A stretch of 64,000 bases of DNA from Chlorokybus atmophyticus (lineage: Eukaryota; Plantae; Mesostigma and Chlorokybus algae): the NCBI GenBank assembly GCA_009103225.1, contig RHPI01002910.1, forward strand, positions 257,645 through 321,644, in the 5' to 3' direction. The notes under the pieces were generated by a model, which worked only from the letters and a program-made list of their open reading frames with translations, did not search any database and was not told where the DNA came from. Below are positions 37,394 to 51,600 of the stretch, piece by piece (position 1 is the stretch's first letter; the number at the start of each line of letters is the position of its first letter). Made by a program: the position numbers and the translations under genes.

Positions 37394-38155
37394 CAGGCTT
37401 TCATAACGCGGGTTACATGTGGTGACAAGGAATCAATACGTGTTGTCACACAGTAGTGGTGAATGGATTATATATACCAGTGGCACGCAGTTGTTCGATA
37501 GCTACTCAGATAAAAGTGTCAGGTATTATAGGCCTTGGTGACTGCCAGAAAGAACCTGTATTACCCATACCATCAATTGGGAACATGCGCAATGTGTGCT
37601 GAGTACAGAAGTCGACCAAAGAGCTGCAGTTGGTACACTGCCGAGTCCAATGACGCGGCCATTTTTTCTGAGATGCGCACAGCAAATGCATCACCTGTAC
37701 TGTGCCAGTTAAGCATCCAATATGCCATGGCGGCACCATCTCCGCAGCACAACACAAAGACATGACAACCCTCGAGTGGATCCAACACCTACCTGGGCAG
37801 ACATAATTCATGTCTCTCAATCTCAAGACTAAGTGCTTAAAGGCCATCATGGCAAACTGGTGTCCACCTGCCCAACCGCAGCCGAACAAAAGTCCTTTCA
37901 CAAGCATGACTCAGCAATGCTACAACACTGCTCTATGCAAGTGGCACATGTGATAGAAGAACATGATGTACAAGGCACTCTAGTTGAAGTGTTGTTTAAG
38001 CCTTCAGTGGCTCTGTACCACCCGGCGCTAAAGCCTACCTCCCATCGCGTAGCAAAGACTCGGCAGCACTGAGTGCAGAACTCCGAAAGCTGTGGGGAGT
38101 GGCTCCGATGGCAGCCCTTTAGTAAATCTAACCTCAATTGCAGACATGCGAGTCC

Positions 38156-40087
38156 TTACAGATCCGTGTGGTAAACCCTGATGAGTGCTGATTGTGTGAT
38201 GGGCGCGCGGCACAAAGGGCACTCCGGCTTTGTATTGCACCACTCAGCTATGCAATACCAGCAGAAGAGGTGGCCGCAAGGAGTCGCTGTCGTGCTTTGC
38301 CTGATGCTAAGGCACAACGTGCACTTGCGGTGCTCGGATGCCTGGCAGGACAGGACGATAGTGGTTTGATGGATACAACACGTTTGACCGCGCACGAATG
38401 AGGTGGAGCATTTGTCAACAAGTAACTCTTACGTCTTTTTCACCCTCTTTGCTGTCAATGCTCTCATCTTCTTCCAGGGGTTGCCCATCGCTGTCTAGCA
38501 CCAGTACACCCTTCCCTGCAGCAAACACATCATACCGCTGTAAGTATGCTGTCATTATCGCTATGCTTGCAGAAATGCAATGAGTTTTCAGGTATGCCTC
38601 CATAATTCCCTGCTCACCTGTTGGTTGGGGTTGACTGAAGCCGAGAGGCTGGGCAACAGCTGGCAGCACATGCTGCCGCGCCCACAGCAAGCCCATAACA
38701 GACATCTGCAGAAACAAGAACACCCCTAGAATCTGGTAGGACGGGCGTGTCTCCAGCAACTTGCCCGTGAAGATGTACCGTATGCCAGTCAACCTTTTTG
38801 AGACGTGATAATATGCACCTGCAAACCGCAGAAAGCTTCGCAAGAGCAAACGACTCACAATACATGCGTTAGTGCAGGCATTGCACTCCGGAAATCTAAT
38901 TGTCACCTTGAAAGTAAAACAGAGCAAGGTGCAGGCGTAAGAACTGTTGCACAATCTCTTGGCTGTAGGGAAGGGCCCGTGTGAGCCACCCAATCGTGAA
39001 GAAGCGCAGCCATCTGTGTAGCCGCCTCAAGCTTGATGTTGTGCTGCTGCCACTTGTGCTTGCGGCGCTGCTGCTTGCAGCACGCAGCGCATCAACATCG
39101 ACACCATTGCTAATGCCATCACTACCAACATCATTGTTGCTGCTGCTATCGTTGCTGCCAACATTGCTGCTGCTGGTTGTCTCCGCATCATGCACATCCC
39201 TCAAGTGGGCGCTTGCAAGCCGCAGCCGTGTGCCCCAGCTGGCTGCCTGCGTGCTGCAGCGCAATGCTTAATGTACACAACTCCTGGGAAGACGTATTCA
39301 CGCGAAATAACAAACACAGCCAGTTGCAGAGATCTGGATCAAACTACCTGAGGCGGTCTACAACTTGAGGCCCCGTGGCGTGCAACAACACAAGCGCTAT
39401 GCGTTGAGACAAGAGGGGCGGTGTTGAAGATGGGCCAGTCACCTGGTTGCATGTTCATCTCAAGATTGTTGGTTGCATCGACATAAGACAAGTGCGCTTA
39501 CATTTATCGAACTCACGGTAAACGTTGAGCCTGTGGACAACTGCTCACCTGCTGGATATCGCAGTACTCCTCTCCGAGTGTTTGCAACCCGAATCCAGTG
39601 GTTAAGCCATAGTACACCAGGTTGGCAATGAGTTTCACCTGTGTGTTATATCATAAGCGTCAGGGCTGCAGGCAGAAAAGGCTCATGAACCTGGACGATG
39701 CATGTGCAAATTTGCGACTACACACCTCACTCTGCCAATGCACAGCCGTCCGCGTGCCTAACATGAACAGTAGCGTTAGCAAAAAGCGGCAGAAATCACA
39801 GCACTTGACAAATATTCAATTCTACTAAGCAACAAGCGCAAGAGTGGCAGCTTTAAACTGACTGTAAGCATACGACCACGCTTACAGCCTGGAATTGGTT
39901 GTTGCAAGCGCTAGCTGTATCGATTTATGGTGTCAACTAGTTGTCATCAATACACCTTACCAAGGACTTCGCGCACAGCTCCATAACAGGCATCGTACAG
40001 AAAGGCCTGATAGAGGTCGTCCTTCTGGCTCGCTCGCAACACGTCCGGCTGCGCCGCAGCAGGAAACGAAGGGAACCGGCTGCTCAT
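38156..40087 (-). CDS. PEX10: Peroxin 10 (peroxisomal RING E3 ligase)
   Basis: FPAAAQPDVLRASQKDD; GTRTAVHWQSE; LTTGFGLQTLGEEYCDI; LRLHLALFYFQG/AYYHVSKRLTGIRY; RPSYQILGVFL; C3HC4 RING CTLCLS...TPCGHLFCWYCIAEWCNTKPECPLCR; TAA stop. Confidence 0.93.
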
Positions 40088-40872
40088 CCTCAGCAGTTAA
40101 CTATGTCTCCGCTCCATCCTCAGCTTTACTATACGAGCTTCACTATACAACTGCTTGCTGCCACGCACGAAGTGCAGCAGCAGCAGAAGCAGCTAAAGAA
40201 ACCCGCCCTCCAAGCTGCAAGAAGGTGTGCAAACGCCCTCAAGCGATGCGTCTTACACAAGTGTTATCCTGTGATACATGATAATGTGCATGCCGCATGC
40301 GCAGCCACCAAACCTCGCCACATCAACGCCACCAGACTGCGTGCCGAGGCAGCAAGTCAGCCCTAACGCACACAAGCTTGTGCAATTAGGGTTTGTCGCA
40401 CTTGCATACAAGTGCGCGAGAGTTTGTTGCGGGTGGTGGCGTTGGTGGTGGCGGCGGCGGCGGCGGTGCGCGAGGCGGTGCGGTGCACAAGGTGGTGTCA
40501 GAGGCAGACGGAGGCGGTTTTGCTCTCCTGTGCTGGGATCTTTTGTTCGTAGGAAACTGTAGCTGTGCAAGGAGCTGCTGGTGAGGTATGGTGCTGCTGT
40601 TTATGGATGTGGACGCTGGCGTTGGTTGCTTGATTGTGGTGTCAGCTTTTGTAGGGTGTTGAGTATGTGGGGATGCTTGGCTTGCATTGCACTTTGTTGT
40701 GTTAATCAGTTTGCCCTGCTTGTCATGGGCAAATTAGGCAGGTGTGCTGCAGTTGTGCATGTTCTGCAACAATTGCTGTGTGAGTCACAGCGTACTTATG
40801 TCGACAGCTTGCTTTCTGAGCCCGTATATTTGTGCAATTTCTTACAGACAAATTCAGGCGGTCTCCAGAGTT

Positions 40873-42623
40873 ATGCCGAATGTGCCAGACAAGATTGTTG
40901 TACACCCGCTGGTGTTGCTGAGCATAGTTGACAACTACAATCGGGTGGCCAGAGACACGCGTAAACGTGTCGTTGGGGTATTGCTGGGGGAGACTTTCAA
41001 GGGACGTGTAGATGTCACCAATAGCTATGCTGGTGAGCTGCAAGTGAAGAACAATTACTTACTGCTTCAAACTCTCACACTCTGCCAGCCAGCTGTGATT
41101 GTTGAGACTGATCTCTTGTAATCCACTGCTGATCATATGTACCGCATTCTGTATTGACCACTGAGTGCTCGTTTCATTGTGTAGTGCCTTTTGAAGAGGA
41201 AGATGCGGACCCCAGCATCTGGTTTTTTGACCACAATTATCATGAGCAGATGTTTGCCATGTTCAAAAAGATCAACGGTACAGCAGCGTGATGGGCTTGC
41301 GCATGTGCATATTGGCGGATGGGATCGGGACATTAAGATCATGTTGCACTTTGACAGCGCGCGAACGAGTGATTGGCTGGTACAGCACAGGCCCGAAGAT
41401 CAGGAATAACGATTTGGAGGTCAACGAGCTGATTAGAAGGTGTCCGTGTTGCACATATTATGGCCCATGCAATGACATTGGTTTCGTGCATGACACAGGG
41501 TTGAACAACCCACTTGTTGCAGTTACTGTTCGGCACCTGTGCTGGTCATCATTGATGTTCAACCAAAGGAGTTGGGCATTCCAACTCAAGCATACTGCGC
41601 TGTGGAGGATGTGAAGGAGAATGGCACGGAGAAGGCACAGAAGACGTTTGTTCATGTACCCTCAGAGATCGACGCATACGAGGCAGAGGAAATTGGCGTT
41701 GAGCACTTGCTGCGAGATGTTAAGGATGCTACCATCAGCACACTTGCAACAGAGGTCAGCTACTGGCTTCATTTCCGTTGTTGTGTGTCTGCTTGCAGTA
41801 GCCAAGCATATGTCGAGTTGTTGCGCATAGGCTACCAGCTTTTGGCTTGAGTGGTGGCATGCATGTGCATTGTCGTTCTCTTGCTTGTGCACGCCGTGCC
41901 ATTGACCTTTTGGTCCAGCAACATTGTTTGGTCTGCTGTATATGTCACCGTGTTTGTTGTCATGGTGATAGGTCAGTGCCAAGCTGGCGTCTCTGAAAGG
42001 CTTGCAGTCGAGGCTAAAAGAGATCCAAAGCTACATGGATGCCGTGATTGCGGGCAAGTTGCCCATCAACCATGAAATCATGTACGAGCTTCAGGTGAGT
42101 GTCGCGCACTCTGTACCAGGAATTCACAGCTAGATAGGATTGCCCGAGTCACTGCTGCTGCCGTCTTTTCAGGACATCTTCAGCTTGCTTCCCAACCTAA
42201 ATCGCGAGGAGCTAATAAAGGCATTTTCAGGTGACATTACACTAATTTTATTCGAATCCCGCATCCCTGGATGTTGATTGCATGATGCTGAAACTGTTAC
42301 ATGACATGTTGCAGTCAAAACGAACGACATGATGGTGGTGATTTACCTGTCAAGCCTGATTCGCTCAGTTATTGCGCTGCACGACCTCATCAGCAACAAG
42401 GTATGTTGTTGCATCTCTATCAACAACACCTTGCATTCTTACAACTTGCCCAAGCCATCAATGTATCTTGCGTAATTAGTTCATGACCATTGTGCAGTTT
42501 ACACCATACCAGAGCATTGACACTGGTTCGTGGTTGACCGATGGTGTTACGCAGGCATTGAACAAGGAAGCCGAAAGACTGGCCGATTCCAGAGAAGACA
42601 ATGCACTGCATGTTGCATCATAG
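40873..42623 (+). CDS. RPN8: 26S proteasome lid subunit RPN8/PSMD7 (MPN domain), 8 exons
   Basis: [31 protein letters not shown]; PFEEED...WFFDHNYHE; IGWYSTGPK; [34 protein letters not shown]; [22 protein letters not shown]; TAG at 42621. Confidence 0.96.
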
Positions 42624-44158
42624 GATGTGCTTGCGGTTGGTGGCGCACATGATGGAACTCGTCGTGCATGCGCATGTTTTGCCAGTGCTGTAGATCGTGA
42701 TGTTCTTGCTGCTTGATTCGAGCAAGTACCAGTTGCGGTTGTTGCAAGGAAGCATGTTATTGCAATGCTCCAAGTGTGGAATTAGCTTTCCTGTTTCAAG
42801 TGCGCATGTTGATTAGTGCGCCTTTGGTGCACTAGGCGTACATTTGCTGCTGCTTGCTGCTAACGCTGATTTGTACTATGTTGAAACTGACAGAGTGTGT
42901 GAGTTGTATTGTGTGTTTCCATTGCCTTGCCTGCCTAGTGTCACTACACAGTCCTTGCCTATGCAATCCGCATTTGATGAACTATACTCATTGTTACCAG
43001 TAGTAACATGGTCAACGCGCTCATAGGCAAAGAACGTTCTAGGATTCTAGCAATAACTTCATTATGCACGGCGCGCAAAAGATGCAAGCTGCATCACGCG
43101 CAGACAAGGCACATACCCCTTCCGCATTTTCCGTACACCGCATTCACATGTCACACACCGGACGAGGCCATGCATGTCTACAACTACCTCGTGCATATCC
43201 TGTACACCAACTCAGCACACTGCATTTTGCATATGCGAGCACGGCACTTCTTATCGATTGGCCTAGCGGAATCAATTAAGCCTAACCGATGTAGACAAAG
43301 CAGTAGGTGCGAGTATAGTTACAATAATGCAAGAGGCAAAGAATAATTGTATTATATTTATTGGTTTGATGTGAACCATGTTCACATAAGTTTTATGTGT
43401 CATGTTACAGAAACCCTTTTTCATACAATGTTTGATGTTATGTACACGAGCATTCAATGAAAATGCGAACATATTCTTGCAATACAAATTGCAGGAGGGT
43501 TGGCAATATATTGTAATATGCATGTAATTTAGCATGCAAGTATCCAATTTAAACGTGTTTCAGCTATAATTGAAGAATCATAAAACCTTCGTGCGTGCAT
43601 TTGGATGCTGTTACAACACAGTATGCAAACATTGCCTTCAAGATATGCACCAATATGTAATAAGCTGAGACTCCACTAGACAACACCACTGTTGCTCATT
43701 CATCTCTTTGCTGGAGTTCTAGTTGCATGCATTGTTATACCGTACGTATGATACAGGATGTCCTCCGGGCGGCATGTCGCATGGAATATCAAAGCGATGT
43801 CAGTAGCTTTGGTAATCTGCACGCGCTTGTCAACGTACCATAACTTGTGCATGTCGTACATGTACAAGCTGTACTGTCCTGTCCAGCGTGTACGGGGCAT
43901 AGTGCTTCATGGCAACAAATCAGACAGAGCAATGATTGTTTCATCAATACTTATCGGTGTTTAGAAATCCTCAGCTCACAGCTATGGCCAGTCATACCAC
44001 CTTTTAGCCATGGATTCTCGATGGAGTATTGTATCATGGTACCTTGTAGGGACACAACACGCCAACCTGCCAAGTTTGGCAGGCTGAGGCCCTACTAGTA
44101 GACCCTACTACTACGCAGCTTTCCACTGCTTGCTGAGCATGTTGCCTGCTGCACGGCA

Positions 44159-44909
44159 ATGGCGCCTCGGTCGTGGCGGAGGCGGAAGACACGGCGGCGG
44201 AGGCGGATGCAGGAAATTAGGGTAAGCTTAGCAGGTAACTTATGCGTGAGCGAGGCTCTCGCGTTCCAGCGACCGCAGCTGTCTTGTCGCGCTGCACGCG
44301 TGTTTTTTGGCGGGTGGTCGCTCATGGCTCCATATGGACAAGACTGCAGGCGGCAAGCTGCGGCGCTTGCTTGGCTCAGGCGGCAGGGCGAAGAAATTGA
44401 GGTACTTGTATGTGCGGTATGCAAATATTGATGTGTGTGCAGGCATCCGTATGCTTGTTCCTTTCTTGCAGCGCGGTGTTGTACATAGGTTCAGGCAGCA
44501 AGGCGGAGGTTTCAAATGCCTGCTGAGCTTATCTGAGCATGCGTTTTGCGAGCACCTTTGTGGTTCAATTTGCCCGCATTAGGTGGCCCTGGCATCAGTA
44601 AAAGCGCGTTTACACAGCATGGAGATTGCGCTTTTGGCCGTAAGTGCTCGAGTACCGGTAGGCAGTGCTTTTCGGCATGTCATGTCACGAGTCAAAGCTA
44701 GCGTGCTATTGACACCGTTGCTGAGCTGGCTTATTGACGGTCTGACTGTCAGCAGCAGGCATGCTCACATGAAGTCAATCGTCCTTCCTGTACGCGACGC
44801 TACGCTGCTTGTGATCGTTGCAACCAGCATGGACGACTTGTACGAGGCAATGCGCGTGAGTACGCGGACGGCAAAAGTAGCTGCCGTCGCATCCAGCGGA
44901 AGCCCCTAG
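44159..44909 (+). CDS. Possible short spliced gene of unknown function
   Basis: GC-rich segments with GT-AG-like borders (AAALAWLRRQGEEIE; VALASVKARLHSMEIALLA). No recognisable domain. Confidence 0.25.
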
Positions 44910-45529
44910 ACGCCCTGGGCTGTCGTGGTTAATGAGGAGAGTTGACATCGCCCCAAGCCTGCACAAGGACGTCAGCGCCGTACGTTCGCAACGCAGCACT
45001 GTACGAAGCGTTGATCAGCAACGCTATGATGGCGAATGAATGGGAGAGCTATTTTGGGGCCGCGCTTGGCAAGCAGTTTGGCATAAGAAGCGGGCACTTT
45101 CCAGCGCAACTTCAAGTTGCAAGTTTGCGCGTATGTTGGCATGCTTCAACGCTACAGGCAAGTTGGCTTGTTGGCCTACTGGCATGCGTTTCGCTGGTTG
45201 GTTCTGATCTTACGCACTCGACTTGTGTGATTGGTCAGGTTGCAAACTTGCAGCTCAAGTCGTCGCTCAACGTTTACCATGCGCTTCAGCAAAAGCCTGC
45301 TGCCGACATGGCTAGCGCCACTTGCAACCGCTTTACTGCTGCTCGCCTATGCAGTTCACGCTCAAGTTGTTGTGAGGTACGTGCAACAACAACTGCGGTT
45401 ACTGAGCAGCTAATTTCAAACGTCAAGCATACAGCATCTGGTGTTGAGTTAAGTGCAAGCAATCTCATGCCTCAGCAGTGTGGTCCAGCTTAGTGGTTGG
45501 CGTTGCTGACATGTTGGCCTGCGGCAGGC

Positions 45530-45647
45530 AACCTGGCTTTCAAGTGATCACTGTGTTTGAGGGGCTCGACTTCCCGACATGCGTCCGTTTTGCACCAGAC
45601 GGGCGTGTGTTTGTCGGCGAGAAGGATGGTATGTGGTGCATAATGTG

Positions 45648-45688
<41 letters not shown>

Positions 45689-48600
45689 GTGAGCAGGACA
45701 TTGAATGCCATAGCAGTGCGGTTGGCAGGCGTTGTTGTCGTTACACTTTGTGCTGGCAGGCCTTATAAAGGTTTTTTCTAGCGTGACAAGCACAGACCCA
45801 CCTGTCGTTGCGGTCGATCTAACAAATGTGAGTTGACGAAGCCAAGCCCCTGCGACCCATGCTGCACGTGCGCTGACCTGAGTAACGAAATTTCATTTCA
45901 ACCAGTTGGCTGGATGTTGCAGGTGGTTGACACACCGGGAGACCGAGGCATTCTTGGAGTAAGCATAAGACCAACAATGACACCCGAGGGCTACTTGCAG
46001 GTAAGGCTGTGGCTGTTAGCACTGGCTGCGGTTAGCCCAGCTTGATACCAACCGCTGCGCCTTTGTACACTCAGATGTACGTGACATACACTGTGCGCGT
46101 TGGTGCCAATGTGTGTGCCGTGGAGCCGTGCGTTGCCAACAGTCGGCTATCACGCTGGACAATTGGTAAGCTGCCACAGCACATTATATTTATCTTGAGT
46201 GTCACCTGGCTTGGTCGGCTGACAAGCTAGAGCAACCCGTGCAGGTCCTGACAGCCAGATTGTACCTGGCTCGACTGAAGAGATCCTCATCGACAATGTG
46301 GGGTGCCAGGTACGCAAGGCCTTTGTGACCTTCTTCGCAGTGCACACGGCCTCCTTGTGTGTGTGTGTGCGGCAAACCAACGCCCTGCACTCCCGCAGGA
46401 GTTCTACTCCCACAGCATTGGCGATTGCTTTTTTGATGAAGCGGGTGTCTTGTACGTGGCAGCGGGCGAAGGTGCATCTTACTCCGCCGTTGACTTTGGT
46501 AAGGATGACACCCTGCGCTGTGTGTGCGTTGTCACTACCGCAAGGCCATCCCATCGAGTGAAAATGTCAGGGCGTATAGAACATGCTTTGCTGTGCCACA
46601 GTCAACGGTTGACTCACTTGCTGACAAGGAACCCTGTGCCGATGGCAGGAAACCTTGGTAACCTGTGTGGTAGTCCACCAGCCACCACACCTGGACAAAA
46701 TTTAATACCACCAAATGCAGAGGGTGGTGCGCTTCGAGCGCAGCATTACAGGTACATTACCAAGCGGCATTGCTGCAGCCTACTCTTAGAGTGTGCATCA
46801 TGGCATGCTTTGTGTGTTAGCTATTGATTTCACGGTGCATGCCAATACAAAAGTTATTGCGGGCCAAGCTTTGCTGTCATGTACGGTACAACTTATGAGG
46901 TGCCTCGGTTATAAGCATACCGTGTGCTCATGCCCTAGGTCTGGTGACCAGACTGCTTGGCCTATTTTTAAGATAGGCCATGTAATATGGTATGGTACAA
47001 GTTGTACTCCCATGCAGTGCATGGCAACCAGACGCAACTCACAGAGCATTGTTGTTTGTTGCAGGAGTGCCATTACACCTTGGCAGCCAGCGTACCACGG
47101 TTCAATGCTGAGGTTGAATGCTCTCGATGGGACAGCGCTCAATTCCACTGCAGGGTTTAAACCTGGCGATACCAGCGGTCGCAACAGAATATTGGTGAGC
47201 TGCTGACGCTGAATAACGGTCTGCGGTTGTATGGCCCTTGGTGATGTGCCATCATGGAGCCATCCAATAAGCAAACGACTAATGTTTGACCAGTTCTTGA
47301 TTTGGCAATGCAGGCTTATGGCATGCGGAACCCTTACAGGTAAGCCTCAATGTTGACGCTGACTGTGGGGTGCATGCCCGCTGGTCATGGTCAACCAAAT
47401 TGCTTGTTTTATCATGTCTGTCAAGCGCAGTGTGTCTGATGCACCTGGTACCTGACATGCAGGGGCTGTGTTCGTCCAGGCACAAGTGAGATCTGGTGGG
47501 GTGTTGTTGGTGACAAGTAAGTAATACATGCCCCAATAAGTAGCACATACTTCTGCTGGTCATCATAGTGTAGCAGGTTGCCTGTTGCTGAGTGACCCTT
47601 TGATCAAACAGTACCTACGAGTCCATCAGCGTCGTGCAGAACCCTACGGGCACAGCAGCATTGAACTTTGGTTGGCCTTGTTATGAGGTAATACAAGGAC
47701 ATTGCTGTTGTACGTGAACCTAAAACATCACTATCGGTTTGCACTTCCACTGACCATGGCTGGCAGGGTCCATCCTTGATGCCTGATTATCAAGATGTGA
47801 GTCCACCACTGTCTATGTGCACATCACTGGATCCAGCAACGTTCACTCCTCCTTTCTATAGGTATTGCTATGCAAAACACAGTGTGGTGCGTTTAACTTA
47901 ACATGTGCTCCCTGTTCATTGATTGCCTCTGTTGACTTCCCTTGCAGCTGGAAGCACAGCGCCCCTCCCAATCCAGATGGCTTGTGCTCGGCTGCCACTG
48001 GCAAAACGGGCTCTGCAATAAGTGCTTTGCAGTTTTACAACGGACCCTACTTCCCAGGTAATAGGCATCTGCTCCACAACCACACTTTACTCAACCATTG
48101 CATCTACTGGCTGACCTTGCTTGTCATGCAGCCCAATACAAAGGAGCCTTATTCTTTGCTGACTACGCCATTGGCTGTGTCTGGGCAATGCTCAAGGGAC
48201 CTACAGGGGCGCCCGATCCCAACAACATCGTCACGGTAATTGATGGGATTGCCAGCGTTGACCTTCAGTCGGCACCACTGTCTCTCGGCGGTGGCTTGTA
48301 TACAGGTATACTTCGGAGATGCCTTCAGCCTACAGTCCTGCCTGCCCAAACCCTTGCCCAGCACATAGAAACCCAGCCCTGACAGTAGTTGTTAGTTGTT
48401 TGGTTGCTTGGTTGTGTGTGAGTGCTTGGCGCGTGTGTTGCTGTTGCTGTTGCTGTTGGTTTGCCTACTCTCATTCTCATTCCCATACCTGCGCAGTAAA
48501 TTTCTATTATGGGGCGATCTACAGGATTGCCTACAACAATGAGCCGCTGCTGTACGCGGCAATTGTTGTGGACACTCTGTACGGCGTGGCGCCGCATGCC

Positions 48601-51600
48601 TGTGATTTTGATTCGTCGCAATCAGCTGGCAGTCCGCCCATCACAAGTTACGCATGGGACTTCAATGGCGATGGTACTACTTTTGTGCCAGCAACAGCGT
48701 CGTAGCTGGATTAGCAGCCCTTGAGAGCACACTGCTTACACATGTGGCTTGCCAATGACACTCGCACTGGATGCAGGAGTGACCGAATCAACAGCAGCCT
48801 CTGCCACTTACACATACACAGTCGCTGGCGTATATCAAGCTCGTTTGACTGTCTTCAGTAGTGCCACGTCCGCCACAGCGACTAAGAAAATCTCCATTCT
48901 GAACTCCAACAGTGATTTGCCCACTGCGGCCATCACTTACCCAGCAGATGGTGGTTCATTTGTGGTCAATCAGGTCTTTGACTGCACAGCCCAAGTCGGG
49001 CCCGCAGGTGCGGTGGCATCCTGGCGCATAATCCAATTCCACTGTGCATCGACACAGGTGAGAGTCCACTTCCTACTAGGACTTGCATTGTGCCCTCAAT
49101 GTGGCTGCTGACCGGAAATATTGGCAAATCTTGAGTGTTTTTATTGCATCAGGTGGACATCAGCTGCCATACACACATCGTTGCCATAGCGGGGAATGTT
49201 CTAACAACGCGGTTGATTGTGCCTGACCACGCATGGTACAACTACATCCAAATCATTCTGTACAGTACCGTTCCTTCTGGTGCAGTAACAAGTACAGCGG
49301 TGAGTACGGCTTTTTTGCTACCTGAGCAGTCTTGACACTTGAGTCGCTGCATTTCGTTGTTTCACAAACGTCATTGCTTCTGTCTTGTCTGCTGTTGCTT
49401 CAGGTGAACCTCTACCCAGTGCAAGGTATCTCGCTGAATCATTGATGTCCGCTGGTAGTGGGGTTCACGACTCTGTTGTCATAGTTGTTGCATGTTCACT
49501 CAGCCTGGTGTCATGAATGTCAGTCCAGCCGGTATGCTGCTCATACTGGGATGTCAGCCAGGCTGACATGCTTTGTGGAAATCCATACCTCCAGCGTTCA
49601 GAGGTTGCATGGTTGTCTCATTTGTCAGCAATACTCAGCCAATACGATTCTTTCACAGTTACCATAACCTACCAGACTGTGCCATCCGGGCTGACTGTGA
49701 GCGGGCAAAATCCAGCTCAGCCTTCTCCATATTCCGTGGTTGGTATCGCTGGATCATCAATCACCATGTCTGCGCAAAGTCCACAGACTCTCAACGGCGT
49801 CAGCTGGAAGTTTGTTCAATGGCAGGCGAGCACTGCTGTGAAACAGTTCTACTTCTCGTGTATGTGCAAAGACACACATGCGCTCGGAAGCACCATGTGA
49901 AAACGCGCGCATGCAACCTGTTAATGCAGTGTGGTGCACATATTTTCTTTTTCTGATTTAGCTGTGCATGTTCAGGATGGAAACAATCAAGCCACACGAG
50001 TGGTAGTGAACCCCACCACAGCATTCACTTGGACGGCACAATTTCAGCCAGCATCTGTGCCATGGCCACCACCTGCAGCACCACGCGTCTCCTCGCCTCC
50101 CCCGACACCTTTCCCTCCGCCACCTCTTGTCGCCAGTCCTCCACCATCGCCACCACCAACACCTTCCTCTCCAACCAGCCCACCCATCGGTACGATTGCA
50201 GAAGTGTCCCTTGCACTGCACTGCTCACCTCCTACACTTACCACACAAAACGCCTGGTTGTTACTCGTAACGCTCACCTCTTAGTAATGTCATGTACAGC
50301 TTCCTGCTTAACCAGTAGTAGTTACTCTACACCCTTCAGAGCTTTGCGCGTGTACTCACAAACAACTATTTTGTTAAACCTCATGGAAAACCAGAAGTAG
50401 TCTGGATGTACTTAAATCATCCACAAGCGCTGTATCAACCGTAAACATTTGCTGCGATGTCACCTGTTCATTGATGGTTGCTTTCTTTTTTGCTACCAAG
50501 CAGGGAATCTGGTGGTGTACTTCACACTGACGGACACTGGCTCCACCAATGTGGTTCTCAACACTGCGCCACTTGCCAGATATGGTAATGGCAAGGTGTT
50601 TGATTCAGGCACGCGCGGTTTGGCTGCAGTGAGAACCGGGAATGGGTATGACTTCCAGGGCTTGGGACCAGGCTACACTCACATCAACTTTGGGGATGCT
50701 GAAACACCACCAGGTGAGCCGCGGTGCTATGTGCCCATGTCGCAGTGTGCACTGCATGGTCGGTGCTGTGATTGGTTTGCAAGCGTGCATATCAAAGTGC
50801 GTCAGGCTCTTTGCAATGCATTCGTATGCTGGCATAGCCACATCACCATGGCCATGCTACGTTTGCTATGACTCCCATGGAGTTTGTTGTCATGTTGACT
50901 TGATCAATGCAGCCTGTTTCTATGTATTTGCAGTGCTGACGTTGTCAAGTCGACAAATTACTTTGGCAGCCTTCATCAAGGTGCGACTTTTCCTGTTCTG
51001 TCCGTCTAGCATGCACATGTGCACGTTGCACACTGCCATCTTGAAGACAACCACCTACACATGTCATTCCAAGCAGGTGCCAACGAAGGTTTTCCCGCCC
51101 AATACCTACCAAAACGACTATGACATCCTCGCATCTTACCACGGCGGCATGGTTCTACGTTTCTCAACAAAGGGAGGCAACAACTTCATGTTTGGTTCAG
51201 CACCGACTGACACCGGTGTCAGCTTGGTTAACCATTCCGCTGTGGCATTCGTGAAAGCTGCGGATAGAAATCGCTTTGTTCATCTCGTCGGCGTATATAA
51301 CGGCGGGAGTTACAGAATTTACAAAGATGGCAAGCTTATTAACGCCAAAGCAGAGAAGATCTCCTTTTCGTCGGTAAGCTGTTCGTGTAAGCAGATGCAT
51401 CTTGGCGCGCAACCTGCTTTCGTAATTGTTCAATGCATGAACATACTGTTTGTGAGTCCGCACGCCAACAGACTTGTTAAGTTCAAGTCATCTTTATTCT
51501 TTTTCTGTTCAATCACCACCTGCACTAACTATGACTTGTCTTACAGTTGACTGGCACGTGGAACGTTGGTAAGTGCTTTTGCTGCTGTTCATTGCAACTG

